Below are positions 1 through 11,650 of a stretch of DNA of 31,104 nt, in pieces (the stretch's first letter is position 1; every line of letters starts with the position of its first letter). The notes beneath the pieces were generated by a model. That model had not been told where the DNA came from, made no database searches, and worked only from the letters and a program-made list of their open reading frames with translations. Source of the stretch: Vicugna vicugna. Taxonomy: Eukaryota. A program made the translations under genes and the position numbers. The DNA is taken from NCBI GenBank assembly GCA_013265495.1, contig PNXW01004556.1, positions 62,001 through 93,104 on the forward strand. Reading direction: 5' to 3'.

Positions 1-166
1 TATACAGTATAAAATTGCTGTTTATCTATTTTATATATAGTAGTTAGTATCTGCAAATCTCAAACTCCCAATTTATCCCTTCCAACCCCATTTCCCCATG
101 GTAACCATGTTTGTTTTCTTTGTGAGTCTGTTTCTGTTTTGTAAGTAAATTTGTGTCTTTATGTTT

Positions 167-2733
167 CTATATTCCAGAGATAAGTGATATCGTATGGCAT
201 TTTTCATTTTCTTTCTGGTTTACTTCACTTAGAATGACAATCTCCAGGTCTATCCATGTTGCTATAAATGACATTATTTTATTCTTTTTTATGGCTGAAT
301 AATATTCCATTGTATAAAGACACCACAATTTCTTTATCCAGTCATCTGTCAATGGACATTTAGGTTGTTTCAATGTCTTGGCAATTGTAAATACTATTGC
401 TGTGAACACTGGGGTGAATGGGTCAAGTTTTCAAGTTAGAGTTCCCTCAGCCCAGGCATGCTGGATCATATGGTAAGTCTACTTTTAGTTTTGTAAGGAA
501 GGTATCCATACTGTTTTCCATACTGGCTGTATCAAACTACATTCCCATCAATAGTGTAGAAGGTTTCCCTTTTCTCCACACCCTCTCCAGTATTTTTTAT
601 TTGTGGACTTTTCAATGATGGCCATTCTGACTGGTATGAGGTAATACATCATTGTAGTTTTGATTTGCATTTCTCTGATAATTAGCAATATCAAACATTT
701 TTTCATGTACCTATCGGTCATTTGTATGCCTTCATTGGAGAATTGCTTATTTAGGTCCTCTGCCCATTTTTTGGATAGGGTTTTTTTGTTTTTTCATTAT
801 TAAGTTGTATTAGCTGTTTATATATTCTGGAAATTAAGCCCTTGTCAGTCTCATCTTTTGCAAATATTTTCTCCCATTCCATAGGATATCTTTTTGTTTC
901 GCTTATGGCTTCCTTTGCTGTGTAAAAGCTAATAAGTTTAATTAGGTCCCATTTGTTTATTTTTGCTTTTATTTCTGTTGCCTGGGCAGACTGCCCTAAG
1001 AGAACATTGCTAAGATTTATGTCAGAAAATATTTTGCCTGTGTTTTCTTCTAGGTGGTTTGTAGTCTCTTGTATTTTGCTTAAGTCTTTAAGCCATTTTG
1101 AGTTTATTTTTGTGTATGGTGTGAGGGAGTATTCTAACTTCACTGATTTACATGTGGCTGTCTACATTCCACAACACCACTTGCTGAAGAGACTGTCTTT
1201 TCTCCATTGTATATTCTTGCCCGCTTTGTTGAAGATTAATTGATGATAAGTGTGTGGGTTTATTTCTGGGCTCTCTATTCTGTTCCATTGATCCATATGT
1301 CTGTGTTTGTACCAGTACCATGCTGTTTTGTCTACTGTAGCTCTGTAGTATTATCTAAAGTCTGGGAGGATTATTCCTTCTGCTTAATTCTCTTTCTTCA
1401 GTATTGCTTTATCAATTCTGGGTCTTTTGTGATTCCATATAAATTTCAGGATTATTTGTTCTACTTCTGTGAAAAAAAGTCCTGGGTTATTTGATAAGGA
1501 TTGCATTAAATCTGTAGATTGCTTTGGGTACTATGACCATTTTAACAGTATTAATTCTTCCAATCCAAGAGCATGGGATATCTTTCCATTTCTTTAAGTC
1601 ATCCTTAATTTCCTTAATCAGTATTTTGTAGTTCTCTGCATATAAATCTTTCACCTCCTGGCGCAAGTTTATTCCCAAGTATTTTATTTTTTGGATGTAA
1701 TTTTAAACAGGATTGTTTCTTTACCTTTCTTATATTTCATTGTTAATGTAAAGAAATGCCACTGATTTCTATATGTTACTCTTGTATCCTGCCACTTTGC
1801 TGAATTCTTTTATTAGCTTTAATAATTTTTGTGTGGGGAGTTTATGGTTTTCTCTATATAGTATCTTGTCATCCACATATAGTGACAGTTTTACCACTTC
1901 TTTTCCAATTTTGATTCCTTTTATTTCTTTTTCTTGTCTGACTGCTATGGCTAGGACTTTCAATACTATGTTGAATACATGTGGTGAGAGTGGGCATACT
2001 TGTTCCAGATTTTACTGGGAGGCTTTCAACTTTTCACCATTGATTATGTTGGCTGTGGGTTTATCATAAATAGCTTTTATTATGTTGAGATATGTTCCCT
2101 CTATACTCACTTTGGTAAGAGTTTTTATCATAAATAAGTTGAATTTTATCAAATGCTTTTTCTGCATCTATTGAGATGATCATGTGGGTTTTGTCCTTTC
2201 TCTTGTGGATGTGATTTATCATGTTGATTTATTTGCATATGCTGAACCATCCTTGTGTCCCTAGGGTGAATCCAACTTGATCATAGTGTATGATCTTCTG
2301 TATGTGCTGTTGGATTCTGTTTGCTAATATTTTGTTGATAATTTTTGCATCTATGTACATCAATGATATTGGCCTGTAATTATTATTATTATTTTTTGGT
2401 AGTGTCTTTTTCTGGTTTTGGCATCAGGGTGATGGTGGCTTTATAGAATGAGTTTGGAAGTGTTACCTCCTCTTTAATCTTTTGGAAGAGTTTGAGAAGG
2501 ATTGGAATGAGTTCTTTGTATGTTTGATAGGATTCCCCAGTGAAGCCATCTGCTCCTGGACTTTTGTTTTCAGGGAGATGTTTTATTCCTGATTTTCTTT
2601 CACTTCTAGTGATTGGTCTGTTCAAATTATTAATTTCTTCTTGATTCAGTTTTGGTGGACTATATGTTTCTAGAAATTGGTCTATTTCTTCTAGGTTGTC
2701 CACTTTGTTGCCATATATAGTTGTTCATAGTAT

Positions 2734-2777
<44 letters not shown>

Positions 2778-2781
2778 TTTT

Positions 2782-2813
<32 letters not shown>

Positions 2814-4024
2814 TCATTTATTTATTTAGCATTTCTGTGGTATTGGTTGTAATTTCTCCTTGTTCATTTCTTATTTTGTTTATTCAAGTACTCTCTCACT
2901 TCTTCTTGGTGATCTGGCCAGAGGCTTGTCAATTTTGTTTATTCTTTCAGAAAACCAGCTCTTTGTTTGATTGAATTTTTCTATTTTTTAAAATCTCTGT
3001 TTTATTTATTTCCTCCCTGATCTTTATTCTTTCTTTCCTTCTGCTGAATTTAGGTTTTGTTTGTTCTTTTTTTTTTCTAATTTTTTAAAGTGATAAAATA
3101 GGTTGTTTACTTGAGAATGTTTTTGTTTTTTGAAGAGGCCTGTATCACTATAAGCTTCCCTTTTAGGACTGCTTTTGTTGAATCCCATAGATTTTGGGTG
3201 GTTGTGTTTTTATTGTCATTTGTCTCAAAGTATTTTGTAATTTCTTCTTTGATTTCTTCATTGAAATGTTATTTAGTTTAGTCTCCAACAGTCATTTTTT
3301 TCCCATTTTCTTTTCTGTGGTTGATTTCTAGTTTTATGCCATTGTGATCAGAAAAGACGCTTGAAATAATTTTTATCCTTAGATTTGTTGAGGCTTCTTT
3401 TATGCCTGAGTATGTGGTTTATCCTAGAGAATGTTTCATGTGCACTTGAAAAGAATGTATACTCTGTTTTGGGGGGATGTAATGTCCTGAAAATATTGAC
3501 TGAATCTAACTGTTCTATTTTGTCATTTAGTATCTCCGTTGCCTTATTGATTTTCTTTCTGGAAGATCAGTCCAGTATTGTTAGTGGGGTGTTAAACTTT
3601 CCTACTATTATTGTGTTGCCACCAATTTCATTCTTTATATCTTTTGGTATTTGTTTTATATATTTATATTGGTTGCATATATGTTAATGAGTGTAATATC
3701 CTCATCATTTATTGCTCCTTGTATCATTATATAGTGTTCTTCTTTATCTTTCTTTATGGCCTTTGTTTTAAAATCTGTTTTGTCTGATATGGGTATTGCT
3801 GTCTCCAGTTTCCTGTCATTTCCATTTGCATGTAATATCTTTTTTCATTCTCTCACTTTCAATCTATGTGTGTCTTTCACCCTAAAATATGTCTCTTGTA
3901 GGCAGCATATTTTAGGCTCTTGTTTAATTATCTAATCTGCCACTCTGTGTCTTTTGATTGGGCAATTATTTCATTGATGTTTATAGTAACTATTGATAGA
4001 TGTGTGTGTATTTTTTTTTACCAT
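167..4024 (-). pseudogene. L1 ORF2 (endonuclease/reverse transcriptase), disrupted
   Basis: ATG at 4024 is followed by a degenerate EN N-terminus (..PIKRHRVAD..). ORF fragments: 2389-2703 ([38 protein letters not shown]), 1769-1963 ([12 protein letters not shown], decayed F/YADD motif), 1487-1678 ([23 protein letters not shown]), 751-1143 ([16 protein letters not shown]) and 167-409 (C-terminus TMEYYSAIKKN..ILSEV). Many stops and frameshifts. Confidence 0.95.
2733..2827. repeat. (TTTC)n microsatellite followed by short (ATTT)n, inside L1 ORF2
   Basis: About 20 TTTC units with one interruption, read directly. Confidence 0.97.
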
Positions 4025-4421
4025 TTTAAACTTCATTTTCCAGCTGATTTTGTATTTCTTCTTTATTCATTTCTCTTTTTGTTTTTCCCTTTGTAGTTTG
4101 ATAATTTTCTTTTGTATTAGCTTGATTGTTTTGTTTTTTGTGTTTTGTGACTCTATTGTATGCTTTTAATTTGTGGTTACCCTGTTTTTCAAGAATGTTA
4201 ACCCATTACTATATTGATACGCTTTAGACTGCCAATCACATAGACTCAAACACGTTCTAAAAAGAATGAAACAAATCTACATTTTCTTGCTCCCTCTCCC
4301 ATATTTAATGAGTTTGATATCCTCTTTTACATCTTTGTGTTTATTCTCTTGCTATTCATTGTAGCCATCACATCCCCAGTTGTGGTTTTCTCTTTTCTAT
4401 TGATTCCTGCTTCTTTTATCT

Positions 4422-5445
4422 TTAGAGATCTTTCAATGTTTCTTTTAGGATAGGTTTAGTATTGCTGTACTCTTTTAGTTTTTGCTTGTCTGTGAAATTT
4501 ATTATCTCTCCCTCTATTTTAAAGAATAATCTTGCTGGGTGGACTACCCCAGGCTGCAGGTGTTTCTCAGGACTTTGAAAATATCTTGCCACTCCCTTCT
4601 GGCCAGCAATGTTTCTGTGGAGCAATCAGTGATAGACTTATTAGGGGGGGCGGTTCCTTTATAACTAATTCTTTAAGACTACCCCGGGCTGCAGGTGTTT
4701 CTCTCTCAGGACTTTCAAAATATCTTGCCACTCTCTTCTGGCCAGCAATGTTTCTGTGGAGCAATCAGTGATAGACTTATTAGGGGGGCGGTTCCTTTAT
4801 AACTAATTCTTTGTTTTTCTCTTGCTGCCCTTAGAATCTTTTCTTTATCTTTAACTTTGGACATATTAATTATAATATATCTTGATGTAGGCCTGTGTGG
4901 GTTCTTCCTGTTTCTGACCCTCTATATTGCCTGTACTTGGATATCTGTTTCCTTCTTTAAGCTTGGGAAGTTTTCTGTCATGATTTCTTCAAATACATTG
5001 TTGATCCCCTTTCCCGTTTCTTCTCCTTCTGGGACCCCTCTTATGTATAGATTGGTGTGCTTTATATTATCCCACAAGTCCCTTATATTGATTTCATTGG
5101 TTTTCATTTGCTTTCCTGTCTGCTGCTCTGATTGGGTGACTTCCATTACCTTGTCTTCTAAATCACTTACTCATTCTTCTGCATTACACTGTATTGATTG
5201 TCTAGCTTGGCTTTCATCTTAGCAATTGAGTTTTCTGATTTTAATTGGCTCCTCTTTATAGTTTCTTTTCCCTTTTGTACAGTATTCTGCATTTCTAGTA
5301 TAGTTTCTCTGATCTCTGTCAATGCTTTTGTCACCTCCTTTTTGAACTTATGATCTAGTAGACTGTTGATGTGTGTTTCATTGTTCATTCTTTCAGGAGG
5401 CTTCTCTTGTTCCTTTAAGTGGGAGTGGCTCCTCTGCTTCTTCAC
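4422..5445 (-). pseudogene. L1 ORF1 (RNA-binding/chaperone), disrupted
   Basis: Fragments 5167-5445 (KKQRSHSHLKEQEK), 4922-5146 (IRDLWDNIKHTNLYIRGVPEGEE..FEEIMTENFPSL) and 4422-4625 (HPARLFFKIEGEIINFTDKQKLKEYSNTKPILKETLKDL) match ORF1p RRM/CTD motifs. The start codon is decayed (GTG) and there is an internal duplication. Confidence 0.93.
4542..4812. repeat. Tandem duplication of ~135 bp within L1 ORF1
   Basis: Copy 1 is 4542-4674 and copy 2 is 4677-4812. Both run gactacccc..gctgcaggtgtttctc..ataactaattcttt, with a few substitutions and slippage indels. Confidence 0.95.
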
Positions 5446-8038
5446 TTTACTTATATTTCTCTGACTCGATTCATTTAGGAGTAACAGTTACCTACTGCGA
5501 TCTGAAATGGCTTTTTAAAATTTATTTTTTAATGTGGAAGTGTCCCTGTGTGGTGTGCACACCTAATATTTTTGTCACGGTGGCTGTTTTTAGTATTGAT
5601 GGTTGCCACATGCTTCCTCCATGTATGCTGGCCATTATCCTTTTGACTGTGGGCGTGGTTTGTGTTTTGGTGACTGGAGCCTTCACTGGTTATTGAGTAA
5701 GGCCCCTTCTTTGCTCTGTGGTTGTCACAGCCCTGGCAGAGGCCAGGCATGCCCCCATGTTGTTGGAATTGAGGCTTCCACACTCATTTCTGAGCTGTGG
5801 TGTGTGGTAGATAGGACTGGAGTGCTCCTGTTGGAAGAGGAGCTGCTGAGTATTTCTCCACGGGAGATGTCCACCAGAAAATGTCTTTATTGTGCAGGCT
5901 TACAAACTACGCTTTGTGGATGCTGCCCTTGCCCCCTCCTCAGCTGCAGGAATGTCAGCAACCTCCCCTGGTGTCCCCCAGAGTCTTCACCCACAGAGCC
6001 ACCAGCACAGATTCACTGACATCAAGCACCAGGACCCCCCATAGTGCACATACAGCCATGCACTAGGTCCACAGTACACAACAGGGTCAGCCCAGACCCC
6101 AGCCCTGCATCTGCATACACAGGCCCACTGTGAATGCCCTTCCTGTCCCCACTGTGCTCGATACCTTCATTCAGTTTTCTCAGAGGTGCAGGTCCACAAA
6201 GACACCAGTGGAGCAAATTCTCCATCACCTCTTGGGGCTCAAATCAAGTCTTGGTCCTGCCTGTGAAGGGCTAGTTATTTCTAGATCCCTAGGAACGGAT
6301 TCAAGTTTCAGCTCCACCTCTGCCTGGGAACTGTGCACCAGCGATTGTGCCCTTCCTTCAGCTTGAGCAGGCTGAGAAGATTGCTGGATCTGAGCCTCAC
6401 CCCTCCAGTGATGGTGCTGAGCAATGCCCTCTAGTGGGCTGGTGGAGATGGCTGCCATGTCGGCACTGCATCACATCCCCTACCTGCTATGTGCACCAGC
6501 AGTGGTATTTTCTATGGGGGGACCCAGGCTGTTTTGTTCTGCACACACTCCCAGCCACAGCCCACACCACACACCAGCCTGCTGAGGCTGCCTCTGTGCA
6601 GTCAGCTCCCATCCCCTCCCCAAATTCATCCATGGAAGCCTGAGCTCCAGCAGCCTGGCCCAGCCTGCCCCTGCTGGCTTGTGTCTCATGCTAGGGATCA
6701 CAGGGACCCTCTGTGCTGGTTTCTCTCAGTTCTGTCTGACGGGAAGCTGCTGCTTTCTCCTCAGAGTCTCCAAAACTCCTTTTCTGTCCCTGCTGACCAC
6801 CCCACTGAAAATGGGGCTTCCCAGGGTGAGGGTACTCTCTCTCCTTTGTTGTTCCCTCCCTGCAGGACAGATCTTGCACTAATTTCCTTTTTCTTTTCTT
6901 TTTTTAAATCCTACCTGGTTTTGTGTGGATTTTCTTGTGTTTCCAATTGTAAGAGCTATTCTCCCAAAGTTCAGTATGTATTCTGTGAGAATTGTTCCGT
7001 ATGTAGATGTAGTTTTTGTTGTATCCATGGGAGAAGGTGAGCTATGTGTCCTACACCATCATCTTGGCAATCTCTCCTCTCTCTATATTTTTTATCTACT
7101 TTCTAATTTGGCTGTTTCATAGGTTCCAGTAAAACAGCTGTTTATAATTATCTGTCTAAAAATTTACCAATCTAGAACTTTCTCCAGTTTAAGGATTCAT
7201 CGTCTGGCCATTGATGAGATATATCTTAATAATGACTCAAACCAATAAAGCCTAAAAGGAGTCCCCACCAGAGAGTGCAAAGGATACAGCATTCACAATA
7301 TCTAGAAAGTTTGTTCCCCCAAACAGTCTAAGAAATTAAAGAGCCTTCATTGTGCAAGCAATGACAGTTCAGATGGCAAAGGCCCCTAAGAGTTGTCACA
7401 ACCAGACTAAAAGACTGCTTGACTGGTTGGAATCCCAGTCTATTTGACTAGCTGCCAAATGTCCACCATATATGTACCTTCTGGATGGGAGAGTCTAAGC
7501 TCTGAAAATACATGGAAAAAAAAAAAGCCTAAGAAGATCAGGTAGAATATTTACATCTCAAAGACACATGGAAAGAAATGTAAGTTCCCCCTAAAAGGTC
7601 AGAATTCTGAAAGTTTATCAAGCCAGCTTTTTTATAGCTGCACATGCAAAAAAAATTAATTTTGGTATGTCAGACTTCAATTTGGCTATTTTTAGGGCAA
7701 GATTCTCTTTAATTCCCAATTAAGAAAGTACTTGTAAATATGAATTCTGTGCACACATAATAAAATCTTCCCAGTATCTTTCAACTGAGAATATAAACCA
7801 GGTACCTCTTCTTGAAGGAAAATCTACCCAGAGAGGAGTTTAACATCATTGACTAAAACAGGGTCACCTGCCAATAACAGAAGATCCAAGGCCCAAGAGA
7901 GACTCTCACAAATCTGCCTGGGCTCTCTGATGTAGCAGATGGACGAGATGCCTCTACTGGTACCAAGGCTCTGGTTCCTCACAGAGTTCAGACAAAGGAG
8001 AGACATTTGCTCTGGTTCCCTTTATTGGTTGCCAAAGC

Positions 8039-8493
8039 TGTTGACTGAAAAAAAATACACAACCTAAAATTTGAGAAGTATGTTTTACTCACTGACCTTA
8101 CTGAAGATTGTAGTCCAGTATACAGCCTCTCGGATGCTCTGGGGACCTATTCCAAAGAGATAAGGGAGAATCCAGGATATATAGGAGTTTTTACCAAAAA
8201 AAAAAAAAAAGCATGTAGTCAAACATCAAAAGATTTACTGCTAATCACAAAAAATAGACATTTCAAAGTTAACAATATCAGTGCCTTTCTATATTGGGGA
8301 AATGCAAACCTGGGTGCATTGAAATGATTTCTTTGGTATGCATCTTAACTATTTAGAGGCAGTATGCTATTTTTCTCCATCTTGAATTCCCCTCAGGACA
8401 TCACTGCTGTGGACGAAGGCTTGATAGTGGGCAACATTCATCGCTTACTAAAATGGCAGGCAACATTTCTTTTTTTTTTTTCTTTTGTCCCCA
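8039..8493 (-). mobile_element. ERV1-class solo LTR, MER41-like (cetartiodactyl type)
   Basis: TG..CA bounds (tgttgactgaaaa ... tgtcccca). Minus-strand TATA (ggatatatagg 8175-8185) and polyA-like AGTAAA (8084-8089) are in the right order. The sequence resembles the recalled MER41-type consensus of cetartiodactyls. No clear TSD. Confidence 0.75.
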
Positions 8494-9055
8494 CTAATTA
8501 TCTTCCTGCATTAGCTCAACTCAAACTACCACAAGCAAAAGGCACATTTTGTATAAGAATGCTAAGGCACCTCATATACACCAAAGGCAGGACCACAGCT
8601 GTGTCTTAGAATGAAAGGACAGGGCTTTCCTATTTCTTGACTCTGTTCTACCCTTTATTTTCTCTCTCCACAAATAGCCTACTTCAGATAATTTGAACCA
8701 AATCAAAGAGGATGTAACCTTGATAGCATTCCAATTTTATATTTTGCAGCGCCAGCCACCCACAACCTCTGGCCCACTCACCCCATTCACTCTTGCTGTC
8801 TTTCTTCCAAAATGCCTTGGGAAGACGCTTGGCAGATTGATTAGTTTCCACCTCTGGAAAAACCACTGATGGCCCAGAAGTCAAAGGCCGATAACAGTGT
8901 ATGTAGGAGTGAGCGTGGTGATTGCTTGACCAGTAACCAAGTAAGTGTCTGTTATAATCCTCTTGACTTTTCAAGTTAGATAATCTTGTTACTGTATTGA
9001 ATTTCTTAAAGCATCTATAATATTAAATCATGGTACTAAAAATAGATATCTCTAC

Positions 9056-9735
9056 TGTAACAGCTTGACAGTAGGCTTTCAATTTTGTATTGCCAGTGCC
9101 TGACTTAAGCCTCTATTCCCAAGATATCCACTTCAAAGAGGCATCTACTTCAATGGAGGTGATCTAGGATAAGAGCATTGCCAGTCATAAAGCTGGATAA
9201 AGAGCCAGGATGTGTTCCCGCCCCCCACCATGAAGCTCCTTTGTTCTAGAGATCCTAGCTAATTTAGATAACTAGCCATTTGATGCTTTTTGTTGGTTTG
9301 TTTGTTTTTGTTTTCATTTCTGTTTCTCTCTTCTTGCATTTTAAATCCCCACTCTTATGTTTTAAATTCACCAATAAAGAGTGAGCCCTTGAAACCCTAG
9401 TCCCCCACCTTGACTCCAATAAAAGCAGAACCACAGGCACTCCCTCTCTCTCTGTGTTTCTCTCTCGCTCTCTCCGGCCTTGCTATATGCTCTCTGACAT
9501 ACCTTGTACGCTCTAGGGCCTGTGAGTCATCATTTTTTTCTTTCAAGTTTCCTAATGGTTATTGCTGCAGGGCAGCTTTCAATCTAGTAAGAACCACAAG
9601 AGTCAGTACAGCCATGATACTGGTTTGGAAAGCAGAGATGTCTATGGGAAGGCCACCAGGGCCCAGGTGAGTGCCCGCAGGCATTTATAGGTGATAGGAA
9701 TACTATCAATAGGCTGATACCAGCACAAGACAACA
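9056..9735 (+). mobile_element. Solo LTR, probably ERVL class (MER54/MER73/MER74-like)
   Basis: Starts tgtaac and ends caaca. CCAAT at ~9371, ccaataaaagc TATA-like box at ~9416-9426, then a CT-rich tract typical of these LTRs. Subfamily uncertain. Confidence 0.65.
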
Positions 9736-9744
9736 TCCTAACAT

Positions 9745-9998
9745 AATGGAAATGCTTTTATAATTTCATCATTCTATACATGGTGTGTTGATTTGTGATG
9801 CTTTTTATCATTGTAAAGGAAGGATCTGCCTTAGTTTCTAAGCTCATATCAAGAATGGATGTTGAATTTTATTGAATCCATTTCTGGTCTTTATCCAAAT
9901 GGCTACATGTTTGTTTGTTTTTTCCTATAACCTAATGACATGATATTCTATTATTAATAATTTCCTAATATTAAATCATTCTTATTTTAATATAACAG
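9745..9998 (-). mobile_element. Ancient L1 (L1M/L1ME-type) ORF2 fragment
   Basis: Degenerate antisense L1 motifs (aagaatggatgttgaattttattgaat; tttcctaatattaaatcattctt) that parallel 2125-2250 of the young L1. Confidence 0.7.
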
Positions 9999-11131
9999 TG
10001 TGCCTATATGATAAAGTGTTTTGGATTGTCTCAGAGTCTCATTCTTTTCTAGTTTCAGTGATGGAAAAAGTATCCCTTAAGAGAAAGTTTACTTGTGTGA
10101 CTTTTTAATGAAGTGATAAGGATGAAAGGGATATGTGTGTACTCCTTAATAGATGGTAATTATTTGAATTGACTCACTACAGTATGGAGTTTTTCTTCCT
10201 GTTAAAAAGTCATTCTGAAAGGTATAAGCTTGACAGGAGATTTTACTGTTTAATGGAGGGACAGGGTAGCATGAGCTGGGGAGAAGGCCCTGGCAGAAAG
10301 TGGGCTGTCTTTTCTGCCTCCACTGCTGGTCATTTGTGGTATCGGAAGTAGAGGACAGAGACCTGGAGCTGAAGGAGTTTCCATGGTGAGCAGCAGAGTT
10401 AGTCTAGCCACTGAGTCATGAGAACTCACTCCCTAGGGGCAGAGACATCAAAAGCTCCTCACGGACAATTCAAGGACCTAATGTTCTGACCTGGAGAATG
10501 AAATGAAAGGTGGGACACCAGCTTCAAGAAAGAACCATCCCTTGACTATCCATAAAGCATGTGTAGTGAGCAGATCAATCCTCCTTCCTCTTTCATGATA
10601 CTCGGGATAGGGCCAGTAGTTGGAGTTGTGACCAATTTATGCTGAGACATTTAATCTTAGTGGTTTTCCTTATGAGAGTATAGTAAGAACCCTAGTCTAG
10701 TTTCTGATAAGTCCCTCTGGGAGGGTGGTAAGACTACCATTGCTGCTCATCCAACACGTCCAATGTCCCTGCTAGTGCAGGGTCCAGTGCATCCTCTCTC
10801 CAACTCAACACACCTACCCCAACAGGAAAAGTTACGAAATCCCTCAGTAGAATAGTACTAGGTCAGTGTCAGGTTGTCACGCATCGAACTTCAGGCTTTG
10901 GCTTGACCCACAGCATCCTGTGACTAATTAGTTTCACAAAGTGTTGGTGGAGCATGAGCATTATCAAGAGCCTCTGTAAAAGCCAGGGCAAGGCTTGAGC
11001 TGGACCAGTAGGAATGGGTATGGTGGGCCAGGAGCCAAACAGAAAGGGCCCCCTTGCATCCTATGAGCAGATTAACTATAATCATGGATAATTCTGCTTA
11101 GACTGTGAGGTGTTTTTTGTGACTGAACTCA
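9999..11131. mobile_element. Unassigned ~1.13-kb LTR-like insertion splitting the ancient L1
   Basis: TG at 9999 and CA at 11130-11131. The L1 sequences on either side join colinearly. GC content is higher than the flanks. Confidence 0.45.
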
Positions 11132-11650
11132 TGAATTGTATTGCAAATATTTTACTTTGCTTTTTTTGAGTTGAGAAAAGACTGATGAGGGCAGACTGAT
11201 GACTCATCAAGATTGTGCTTCATAAAATGAATTTGAAGGCTGTAGCTCTTTTTCTTTGTGCTGGATTAGTTTATATATCATAGGAATCATGTGATTTTTT
11301 TTTTTTTTTGTAAAGTTTACCTATTAAACTGCCTGGGCCCAAAGCCTTTCAACACACAATTTTTAAACTGTTTTTTCCCCCAAAATTACTGTTCCTTTTA
11401 GATTGTGTCTATGCTTCAATTGGTTTTGACAATTTGTATTTTCCCGGAAAATCATCTGTTTCATTTGCTGCATTCAATTTTCGTGATTGTTTAATCTTTT
11501 CAGATAATGTCTTTAATTCTTACAAAATAATTCATTTTGTCATAATTGCTTTTCCATTATTTTTACTTCATACAATGTATATATGGTCACTCTTGCTTTT
11601 TTAGTTTGTATTTGCCCAGTTTGTCTTTGAACATCCATTTGCTTATCTTT
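11132..11650 (-). mobile_element. Ancient L1 (L1M/L1ME-type) ORF2 fragment, continuation
   Basis: Antisense L1 motifs (tgaattgtattgcaaatattt; cataaaatgaatttgaagg; taaactgcctgggccc; aatttgtattttcc..aaaatcatctgtttc) that parallel 2310-2960. Confidence 0.7.

Larger units (their letters stand above)
1..7080 (-). mobile_element. Near full-length LINE-1 (L1), inactive; extreme 3' end lies outside the window
   Basis: Colinear minus-strand fragments of ORF1 and ORF2 (EN, RT, C-terminal), an L1 3'UTR at 1-166, and a GC-richer 5'UTR from ~5446 ending near 'catcatcttg' (rc caagatgatg, resembling the L1 5' caagatggcg motif) at ~7057-7066. Comparison with the L1 3' end at ~21600-21750 suggests ~140 bp are missing before base 1. 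Confidence 0.96.

Noticed and set aside
953..3687. Hydrophobic plus-strand ORFs (e.g. 953-1243, 2696-2974 with FFLS repeats, 3385-3687) resembling membrane proteins
   Set aside because: They are antisense translations of A-rich L1 ORF2 and of the TTTC microsatellite.
167..5445. L1 ORFs as functional CDS / active retrotransposon
   Set aside because: Both ORFs are broken into many short frames, the RT motif is decayed (YVDDK), a microsatellite sits in ORF2 and a duplication sits in ORF1.
6489..7040. Longest ORF in the track (183 aa), antisense within the L1 5'UTR; possible ORF0 analogue
   Set aside because: It has a non-ATG (GTG) start and low-information Pro/Ser/Cys-rich composition, as expected from GC-rich UTR sequence. 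I recognise no homology, and ORF0 is described for primate L1.
11437..11452. Near-palindromic perfect GAS site attttcccggaaaat
   Set aside because: It lies in a degraded L1 fragment and is derivable from L1 sequence by point mutation. Isolated motif.
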